Assembly: GCA_043228905.1 (NCBI GenBank)
Contig: JBHGNT010000007.1
Span: 3,596,001 to 3,660,000 of the forward strand
Direction: 5' to 3'
Origin: Azolla caroliniana
Lineage: Eukaryota; Plantae; Polypodiophyta
Length of the DNA stretch: 64,000 nucleotides
In this document: piece after piece, positions 54,766-64,000 of the stretch
Layout of the letters: every line of letters begins with the position of its first letter
Numbering within the stretch: the first letter of the stretch is position 1
Position numbers and translations under genes: made by a program
The notes under the pieces: generated by a model
The model's input: the letters and a program-made list of their open reading frames with translations, nothing else
Database searches by the model: none
What the model was told of the DNA's origin: nothing

Positions 54766-57700
54766 CTAAACAGTATTTCGCTCCACTACGTCTGGGCCCC
54801 TTGACCGAGTAACTGGTCTTGTTCCCGATCGTGGCCCCTTCTTCAGCCTTTTTCTGGTTGGTTCCCCATTTAGCCTTGCTTCTAGGACCCAATGCGCAAG
54901 TGTGTCCTCCTCCGACAACCTTCCCATCGCCTCAGCAGCTAATTGCACATCAGCCATTTCTTGAACTAGCTTTTCAAGTACAGAGGGATCTGTTTGGACA
55001 TTTTCAGTAGTTGGGCTCGGTGGGGTGGAATCAAGGTCTTGAGACTCGAAGAAATGTTGCATCAAGTGTTCATAAACACTGTTGTTGTGAACCTCAGTTT
55101 TACATGTTGTTTCCACTATTTCATGGCATTTCACATCGTTGCCTAATTCAGTACACTGTTCCAAAAGAATAGGGTGCAGCTGATCTGAAGGAGATGTGAT
55201 AGCAGGACTCTTACTTTCAGCCACATTGGCAGTAGTATCCTCCTCAGTTGCAGCATCATCAGCACCAGACACATCGTGTGCCGTCCTTAATCCACAAGAT
55301 TCTACAATAACATGACAGTTATTTAGGATAGCTAATTAGCTACTTTACTAAACTATGGTAGAAGCTAGGATAGCTAATTAGCTAGTACGATAGCTAATTA
55401 GCTAGTATGATAGCTAATTAGGTACTTTACTCAACTATGGTAGTAGTTAGGATAGCTAATTAGGTACTTTACTCAACTATGGTAGTAGTTAGGATAGCTT
55501 ATTAGCTACTAGGACAGCTAATTAGCTGCCAGTAGCTAATTAGCTACTAGGATAGCTTATTAGCTACTTTACACAACTATGGCAGTAGCTACTAGGATAG
55601 CTAATTAGCTACTAGGATAGCTAATTAGCTACTAGGATAGCTAATTCGCTAGTAGGATAGCTAATTAGTTGCCAGCAGCTAATTAGCTAGTAGGATAGCT
55701 AATTAGCTACTAGGATAGCTAATTAGTTGCCAGTAGCTAATTAGCTAGTAGGATAGCTAATTAGGTACTTTACTCAACTATGGTAGTAGCTAATTAGCTA
55801 GTAGGATAGCTAATTAGGTACTTTACTCAACTATTAGCTAATTAGCTACTAGGATAGCTTATTAGCTACTTTACACAACTATGGCAGTAGCTAATTAGTT
55901 ACTAGGATAGCTAATTAGTTGCCAGTGGCTAATTAGCTAGTAGGATACCTAATTAGCTTTTTTACACAACTATAGTACTAGCTAATTAGCTAGTACCATA
56001 GCTAATTACCTACTAGGATAGCTAATTAGCTAGTAGGATAGCTTATTAGCTACTTTACACAACTATAGTAGTAGCTAGGATAGCTAATTAGCTACTTTAC
56101 TCAACTATGGTAGTAGCTAGGATAGCTAATTAGCTACTATGGTAGCTAATTAGCTACTTTACTCAACTATGGTAGTAGCTAGGATAGCTAATTAGCTACT
56201 TTACTAACTATGGTAGTAGCTAGGATAGCTAATTAGCTACTTTACTAACTATGGTGGTAGCTAGGATAGCTAATTAGCTACAATGAAAGCTAATTAGCTA
56301 CTTTCTCAACTATGTAGTAGCTAGGATAGCTTATTAGCTACTAGGACAGCTAATTAGCTGCCAGTAGCTAATTAGCTACTAGGATAGCTAATTAGCTGCC
56401 AGTAGCTAATTAGCTACTAGGATAGCTTATTAGCTACTTTACACAACTATGTCAGTAGCTAATTAGCTACTATGATAGCTAATTAGCTAGTAGGATAGCT
56501 AATTAGCTTTTTTACACAACTATGGTACTAGCTAATTAGCTAGTACCATAGCTAACTAGCTACTAGGATAGCTTATTAGCTACTTTACACAACTATGGCA
56601 GTAGCTAATTAGTTACTAGGATAGCTAATTAGTTGCCAGTGGCTAATTAGCTAGTAGGATAGCTATTTAGTTTTTTTACACAACTATGGTACTAGCTAAT
56701 TAGCTAGTACCATAGCTAATTAGCTACAAGGATAGCTAATTAGCTAGTAGCTCATTAGCTGCCAGTAGCTAATTAGCTAGTAGGATAGCTAATTAGAAAA
56801 GACTAAGCTTATTAGCTACAGTATGGTATACCTGTTTGTTTTCTCCACTCATTTGGTAGAGTTGTACTGCAATCTCCCAAACAGAATGTAGCAATTCGAC
56901 AGGCATGTTGAAAACAAAGCAGATGGTATGTGTGGTTGCATGGTTGTAGGTGAACCAACAAAGACGCAGTTTTGTCCTCCACACCTAACCCGCAAGCGAT
57001 GCAACGTGCTTGAACTGTCAATAAATCATTTTTTGGTTCTACTTCATTTGGTAAGGGAGCAAGAATGTTCAGGTCCAAATCCTGTCTGGTCCTTACCATT
57101 CCCTCCACAAAATGTAGCTTCTTCTTAAGGCAGCTAACTACCTGTTCTTGATGAATGTATTGTTCCTTCAACGCAACAGAGAAATTTACCGATTAATTAT
57201 TCTTGTTGTTGAAAGATACACCAACTTTGCTCAGGAATCGTTAACTTACTTGAAGCTCATCCAAATTGTAATCTGCAACAGTATTTACACCTAGAAGGTC
57301 CAGGTTCATTGAAAGAACCTGGATCTCTATTTGCAGTTCTATTTTACGCTGGGGATCCAGTGGCCCCTCTAATTCAAGCTCCTGTTGCGCAACCTATTCC
57401 AGATAATGCTTGATTAGCACATTTTACCCGTTATTTATAACACAATCACATACCAGCAAAACAATAGTTACCTGAATCTTATTTCTAATTGTTGTAACAG
57501 CAGAAGTAACTTTGCTCTCCATTGCAGAAGCCATTGTGGCTTTCTCTAAATCAGTCTTAAAAAATGCCAATGTCTCATAGGCTTCATGGACATTTTTTAG
57601 CATATAGCTAACCAATGTCTCACCTGTATCATCGACATTGGCTTTCCTTGGGTGTCGGTGTGGTGTATGCCCCCGGTCTTGCTGGGAGTCGGCAGTTGCA

Positions 57701-58712
57701 TCAACAGCTGCCATGCTCCAAAATCTGTCTATTTTTTGTGCCAAGGTCCCCATCTTTCGGCATCTTTTTACCGATGCCTCACCATAGACTGCCCAAGCTA
57801 CCCTATACATTTCAGGGTCTCTAGATTCCTTCGCTGTTTTGCAGTACTCATATGCAAATGCTCTAGCAAATGAAACTGACAACTCATTGTTGACTGGGAT
57901 CTCCTGATGAACTTTCTGGTGCAGTCTCATGCAGTCATCGTACAAGTCGGCTCGTACATGCTTCAGCTTGACCTTGCCTTTGACTCTAGGCACTGTATAT
58001 ACTGTCATCCAGTCTATATCACTGATCAATTTATCACTTAGGACAGCAGGGTCAACACCCTCGAGTGACAGACCATAGGTGTTGTGGAAGTCCTCCTTTG
58101 TCTCGCAAAATTTTGCGAAGTTTAGCACTCTCGTATACGGAGGAACGAGCCATCTGAAATATCATTTCAGAAATCAGAAATAGTGCAAAATCAGAATATG
58201 TGAGAATCAAAAACCCCAATCAACAACAACAAAAATGGTGCAAAATCTTTAACTTAGCAAATCAAAAACCCTAATCATAATTTGTATTCAGAAATTTGAA
58301 ATCAGAAACCCTAATCAAAATCTGTAATCAGAAGTTTGAAATCAGAAACCCTAATCAAAATCTGTAATCAGAAGTTTGTAACCAGAAACCTTATTCAGAA
58401 ATTCTAATCAGAAATTTATAATCAAAAACCCTAATCAGAAATTTCAATCAGAAACCCTAATAAAAAATTTCAATCACAAACCCTAATCAGAAATCCTAAG
58501 CAGAAATTTATAAACAAAAACCCTATTCAGAAATTCTAATTTGTAATCAAAATTTGTAACCAGAAACCCTATTCAGAAATTCTAATCAGAAATTTATAAT
58601 CAAAAACCCTAATCAGAAATTTCAATCACAAACCCTAATCACTAAAGACAGGATTAAACACAAAAAAAGTAATATAAACACACCTGTTGCTACTCCCCGA
58701 TTTGCGAGACAT
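54766..58712 (-). CDS. Transposon accessory gene: multi-exon protein (~574 aa) with RING-H2-like finger and acidic C-terminus
   Basis: Exons 58712-58684, 58153-57472, 57393-57250, 57165-56832, 55301-54766 join through GT-AG introns with no stop (1725 nt); CIAC...PCNHTYHLLC...CLGDC fits a RING-H2 pattern; basic RKRLKK near the end. Confidence 0.7.
55325..56820. repeat. Second intronic TAGCTAATTAGCTA array
   Basis: GGATAGCTAATTAGCTACTA units interleaved with CTTTAC(T/A)CAACTATGG spacers, inside the predicted intron 55302-56831. Confidence 0.95.
58255..58645. repeat. Intronic array of AAACCCTAATCAG (telo-box-like) units
   Basis: AAACCCTAAT/AAACCCTATT recurs about every 26-47 bp in the predicted first intron of the accessory gene. 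Confidence 0.8.
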
Positions 58713-61700
58713 CCTTGTATGGGACTCCAAGGACTTCGCCCTATTCGATTTTGGGGAAATATGAATCGGCACCAAAGTTCAGACAGTAGTCAAAAAGAAA
58801 AAACAAATGTTTGGGGTTTCTGTAACTGAAACATACCTGGACGATGATCGAGCGGGTTCTGTGTTGTAGCTCTCAATCTGCAATGTCGATTTTTTGCTGT
58901 TGCGGGACCTACGTCTGCGTTCGTGCTCTGAGTACTCCATCTGCGTTCAAAATCAGACTTAGGCTAAACAGGAAATTGATGACATTGAAGTCGACCTTAG
59001 ATGATGGTGATATTCCCCAAGTTCCACTACGTCTGAAACAGAAGTTCAAATATTTGAGTTTTTTCATAAATTAGTTTTTCAAATATTTGATTTTCCCACA
59101 AGAAAGACTAGCTAAACAAATAGCTAATTAGCTATGGCCATTTTAGTAGCTAATTAGCTATAATAGTGTTTCCACTCGCATGCTTTTACCCGGAACTCCT
59201 TCTTCGTAATGCCAAGCAATTCCCTCAAGGACAAAGTTACGTGGCTATCAAGAACTCGGTCTTCGAGAATCTTCTTTAGGTCCATTGTCTGCTCTATGTC
59301 CGACCGTAGCTTATAGGTAGGTATAGTCCTTGTCCTCTGAGCGGGGTCTACGACACCAACCTTCACGGGCCGAACCGTTTCTTCAACTCGTATGCTCGGC
59401 TCCCCTTTTCGGCTTGATTCTCGTTCCTCCGTTTGTAAAGGTCAACTCGTCTCCGCATCGTCCTTCTTTTTCGCGTTCCTTGTTTCATGTCTTTTTGATG
59501 GGCCTTGCTCTTCTATTCTCTTTCTCTTTTCTTCGACGAACACCTCGTGGTTGTCGCACATCACCTCTCCGAGTATGGTGTTGTCGTCCACCGGATCCGA
59601 CCACCCGGTTATGCTTTGCACGCTTCGGTCCGCAAGCTCTACCTCGTTCGATGTGATTTTTCCCTTCTTCTCATATTCGAGAACGGAAGTCCAAAACTTT
59701 GCTCCCACTCTAGCAGCTTCAGTCTTGTCTTTCCCGATTCTTATTCCGGCCAACGCAGCATAGTGCATCGCATCCACATGAGTCGCATCGGCATCCTCCA
59801 TAGATTTCTTCATTCCTCCTCTTCCGAAATTCACCCGTAAGGGTCTTCTAGTCTCGTTTGAGCAGATCATGTTGTCCTCTATGTATACGATATTTTGTCG
59901 AATCGCCTCTCGAAGGCTCGCACAATCCCTTCTCATGTGGTCCATGCTATCGCACCACACGCATCTAAAGGGTTCTTTTCCTTTAGGGCCTCAACGATTC
60001 ATGTTGGCTAGCGTGACCTTCTCGAACTTCTCCGCTAGCTCTTCAATGATGTCGTCATCAATCTTCTTTTCTTCCACGTTACTTTGTCTTGGCGGCTCAG
60101 CTACTTTCGGCGGTCTTGCTTTCTCCGTGGTAGTCGATCCCGTCAGGTCGGTGTCATCAACCCATTGGCGACGCTTGTCGAGCCTATTGCATGCCCGCTT
60201 CACCGCGATCCAGTCCGCTACGAGCCCATTTGCTTGGGTATCATCTTCGAGAAGAGTCCCCAACTCCCGTCTATCCTTTATGTCCACGGCCTTCAAGAAG
60301 TACAAAGTCTTGTCCTCTTCAAGCAACACTTGGTCCGTATTGGGGAGACGACTAAACATCTGGTCGAATTCGTCGTACACCCTCGAGACGCTCATCTTCT
60401 TATTCTTCTTCTCTATCCACTTCATCAGGGCATGTCGAGTCATCCTCGTTGAGTCTTCAGTCACGAACTCCGCTAGTATCGTTTTCTCGAACTCGGACCA
60501 TGTTGTCTTACCTTCTTGAAGCTCGATGACGCGTCTTTGGATGTTGTTGGCGACAACTCTCTTGAAACTTACGATTTGACGTGCCTCGGACATGTCCCTC
60601 TGATTCATCTCCCTTCTATATGCATCAAGGAACTTCGTAACGTTCCTTCCATTGAATTGGCCCTCGAGCTCTATGACACGATCGACAACCTTCTCCACGC
60701 TCGCGTCGTTGTCCCGAGATCTCATCATTTGCTCGACGATTAGCATCATCCTTTCGAGCTCTCCCACTTGGTTGCTTGAGGACGCCATCTCCAAGTATTA
60801 ATCTCGACTTGATCCTTCCTACCGCCTCTTTCACGTCGGGTTCACCACTTAATTATGTCGTGAAGATCCGTCACTACGCGCAGATCATGAGGCGGAACCG
60901 CCGGGGTTCTGGACCGGAAGGATTCAAAGTCGGTACAAGCTTTGGCGCAAGCTTTAGCGAGAAAGTACTTAAGATAAATTGGGAAAGAGCGAAGTTGAGA
61001 TTACACGATTGAGAGAGATTGATTGAACTTTTAACTTTAGATTTAAGAAACAAGTTACACGATCAATTTGATATCAAATTTCTTCTTCTTAATTTCATAA
61101 TAAAAAAAAAACGTGTTTTTTCTCCTCCCCCTTCCTTCTTTTATAGATGCTCTCATGCATATGATGCATGTGAGGGTACAAGACATGCATAAATTGCATG
61201 TTTGCCATTTGGCGCTTATGTATTACATGTGGTGCATGATAACCATGTCACTCATTTTAGCTCTCATGTATGAGAATTTACATGTAAAAGTATAATGATA
61301 GAAATATGATTTCAACTAAATAGCATGGTTTAATGGTAAGGCAATTGATTCTTAACTTGGAGGTGCAAGGTTCGAATCCTTCCTTGTATATGTATATATG
61401 TATATATATTTATATATTTATTTATCTAGTCGTCGGTTCGTTGGATGTCGTCGGTTACCGGTGCGTCGCCGAATGCCGTCGGTTACCGGTGCCTCGTCAG
61501 ATGTCGTCGGTTGTCGGTGCCTCGCTGGATGCCATCGCCGGATTGCCGTCGGATGCCAGTGTCTCACTGGCGCCGGATGCCGTCGGATCACCAATCGCCG
61601 GTCCGGTTTTGGTTGGCCAAAACCCTTTACGAGTAGCTAGCCCACCTCCACTCTTAGTTCAAGTTACCTTGAACTCTCTATGCTCCACACATAGACACAA

Positions 61701-63142
61701 AGATAATATCTTTTGCTCCACCTTATATATGATGAGAGCCGTATTTGTCGTGCCTATGTGGGATATCTCATAATTTTCTCTTTTCCTTTCACAAACTTTA
61801 TACCCTCATATCTTGACATTTAGTTGTCCATTTCTCGTGTAATAAAGTGCATTCAAAACCTCCATCATTTTGTACTTAGATATTAAATTTATTTAAAATG
61901 TTATCTTCACAATTATTGTACTATGTGATTCATACTCGATTTCGTACGTTTTATGGGATTTTCACACTATTGCCGAAAATCTTCCCGATAGCGCTAAGCG
62001 AGTATTACAATACGTGAGTGGCACAATGGATTACGACGTTCTTTATGCATGGGCCACACCAATACGACTCAAAGGGTACACAAATGCGGACTGGGAAGGC
62101 TACAAAGCCGATCGACGATCGACCTCCGGATTTGTCTTCTCCCTCGGCAGCGGAGCGATTTCGTGGAGTAGCAAGAAGCAGCCTACTGTCGCTCTTTCGA
62201 GTACGGAGGCGGAATACAGGGGCACAACCGTAGCTGCATGTGAAGTTGTATGGCTGAAGAGGATTTTGAAGGATCTAGGCGTTCGCATCAAGGATCCGAC
62301 TCCCATTTACTACGACAACATGAGTAGTATATATCTGGCTTGGAACCCGGTGTTCCACACACGCACAAAGCATATCAAAGTGCACTATCACTTCATTTGA
62401 GAGCGCGTACAGGCCGGAGATGTCGACCTTCAACACATCAACACGAATCTTCAGACGGCTGACATCTTCACCAAAGCCTTAGGAGTCGACAAGCTTCGAC
62501 AATTCCTGTCAGACCTCGGATTGACGATTCCTAACTTGCCAAGCTTGAGGGGGAGTACAAGCAAGAACCGGATACCGTCCGAACCAGGTATTAGCCGAAG
62601 CGGACACCGGAGATTGTCCGAACCGGATATCAACCGAAGCGGACATCAATCGAAAGGAACCAACCCGAGTTGAGCTTGAGGGGGCGTGTTGAGAATCAAG
62701 CTTAACATAGCACAACGTGTGAACACATCTTTTGAGAATCTATGATTACTCAAAGGTCAAGAGTCACACCACTACTATCTACACATTAACTATGTGTCAT
62801 AGAATCATATTCTATGACACATAACTAATGAGTTACATATTCCCCATGACTATGAGTCTTCACATTCCCCAAGAAAGAGAGTGGTTGTTGTAAGTTAATG
62901 AAGAGAGAGGGTGACTCTATATAAAGCACCCTCCTCATACTTCATACTAAGTCGGTTGTGACTCCTTGTAATGCTACATTTTCATTTATCATATTCTCCT
63001 TGTTAATATACATCTCCTTCTTCTTGAGTACTTCATTTTGTCTCTTATCCATCTTGTGTTTCTCTCCTCTCCTCTTTCCTCTCACACATACACATAACAC
63101 ACATCTCTTCCGCGACACAAGAATCACCATTGATTCTTTACA

Positions 63143-64000
63143 CAGCTTCTCTAGATAGGAGAATCATTCTTCATGGTTCATCATGTGGTTGGAAGCCTCA
63201 GAATCCACATATCACACCTCGTTCGGCTTCGAGGTGCTCATCTTCATCGAGTTGGCTTTGTGCTCCATGACGAAGTCAGGACACAATACCAGCAATCGAT
63301 GACTTTATTTTGTCGGCTTTCGCCACCACCCTGACTACCCCTACTCATGGAGGGTCCACTATTGTCGGCACCTCCTCTCTGCCTCTGTGTACAACATCTT
63401 GTTGTCAGTTTACATCCTTGTTGATGCACCCGTGTGGTTTTCTTCAACGAGGAACATCGATTGCAACTTGAAGAAGGAAGAGGTGTTCTCCCTCGTGCAG
63501 ACCACCGTCTGGAATGATCTGAACTTCTGCACCAAACCTCTGAGGCAGATCTAGACCATCTCGTCCTCCTCGACAGTCACGTTGATGGAGGCGAGGGAGA
63601 CACAGATCTCCTTTATCTTTGAGGTGTAATCAGCCACTGACATATCTCTTTGTCGAACGTTCCTCAACCCTTGTATGAGTTGTAGCTTTCTGGCTGTGGT
63701 GTGGTGCTTGCTGCGAAAATATTCTTCAAATTTCCCCAAGCATCCTTTGGCGTTTTGGCATCCCGGATATAGCTTAGTAGTTGGTCGCTCACACTCGATG
63801 CGAAGCAATAAAGAACTATGCTTGCCACCTGTTCCCAAGCCTGAAAATCTCTGTGTGTCGAATCTAGTGCTGCATCATTAGCTCCTTCGACATAGCTCTA
63901 GTACACGTGTCTGAGTAGGTACTTGTGCATCTTGTATGCCCAAGATGCATAATTGCTCCTATTGAGCTTTTTTGTCGAAAGCGAGCTGCCCATAAGTCTA
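63143..64000 (-). mobile_element. Upstream piece (gag-PR) of the host copia interrupted by copia B
   Basis: TARKLQLIQGLRNVRQRDMSVADYTSKIKEIC and YVDSEASNHM on the minus strand; joins 29874 across the TSD (EK|PEQPG). Confidence 0.82.

Larger units (their letters stand above)
47410..59191 (+). mobile_element. Sola2-like DNA transposon, 11,782 bp, apparently intact
   Basis: 25-bp TIRs GGGTGAAAGCATGCGAGTGGAAACA (47410-47434) / TGTTTCCACTCGCATGCTTTTACCC (59167-59191), 1 mismatch; 4-bp TSD GGAA; host gypsy frame ITKKEF|HDTIV restored on removal; 5'-GRG terminus and 4-bp TSD fit Sola2. Confidence 0.88.
40406..61990 (-). mobile_element. Full-length degenerate Ty3/gypsy element (5' LTR 60856-61990, 3' LTR 40406-43247) inserted in copia B
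   Basis: Matching LTRs; 4-bp TSD GCGC (40402-40405, 61991-61994); tRNA-Trp PBS at ~60831-60847; PPT next to 43248; gag 59192-60794, protease LIDHGSEINL, RT 45252-46535 (PFLDD), RNase H 44658-45233, integrase 43320-44627 (H-H-C-C finger, DRGE); several premature stops. Confidence 0.93.
29875..63142 (+). mobile_element. Ty1/copia retrotransposon B with both LTRs (29875-30328, 62687-63142), inflated to 33 kb by nested insertions
   Basis: Near-identical LTRs; PBS TGGTATTAGAG at 30329; PPT GAGGGGGCG before 62687; TSD TGGCT/CAGCT (both derivable from CGGCT by CpG decay). Own coding pieces: gag-INT 30496-32325, INT 35573-35902, INT end/RT 38984-40405 (QMDVKNAFL, YVDDL), RNase H 61995-62550. Confidence 0.93.

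Noticed and set aside
47424-59177. Shorter GAG...CTC termini for the DNA transposon
   Set aside because: The inverted match extends 14 bp further out, and only the GGG...CCC ends give a TSD and restore the host reading frame

Overview
Land-plant nuclear DNA, most likely a fern (inferred from long PLS-type PPR genes with short E tails and from the TE spectrum). The first ~19 kb is gene space: a PLS-E PPR pseudogene disrupted by a hAT-like MITE, an intact 977-aa PLS-E PPR gene, a 10-exon organellar O-acetylserine(thiol)lyase gene, two tRNA-derived SINEs and two Mutator-like MITEs. From 19.5 kb to the end is a deeply nested pile of Ty1/copia and Ty3/gypsy elements. Two objects stand out. (1) An apparently intact 11.8-kb Sola2-like DNA transposon (47410-59191; 25-bp TIRs, GGAA TSD). 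It encodes a spliced 863-aa DDD transposase and a convergent multi-exon accessory gene (RING-H2, plus an alternative FCP1/SCP-like pseudo-phosphatase exon). The largest intron of each gene is filled with arrays of the palindrome TAGCTAATTAGCTA, making it a candidate self-protecting (anti-silencing) transposon system. (2) A minimal type I hammerhead ribozyme (41790-41854, minus strand) inside a 1.7-kb insertion in a gypsy LTR, with a Penelope-like ORF fragment elsewhere in the window. All calls come from manual reading; no searches were run.
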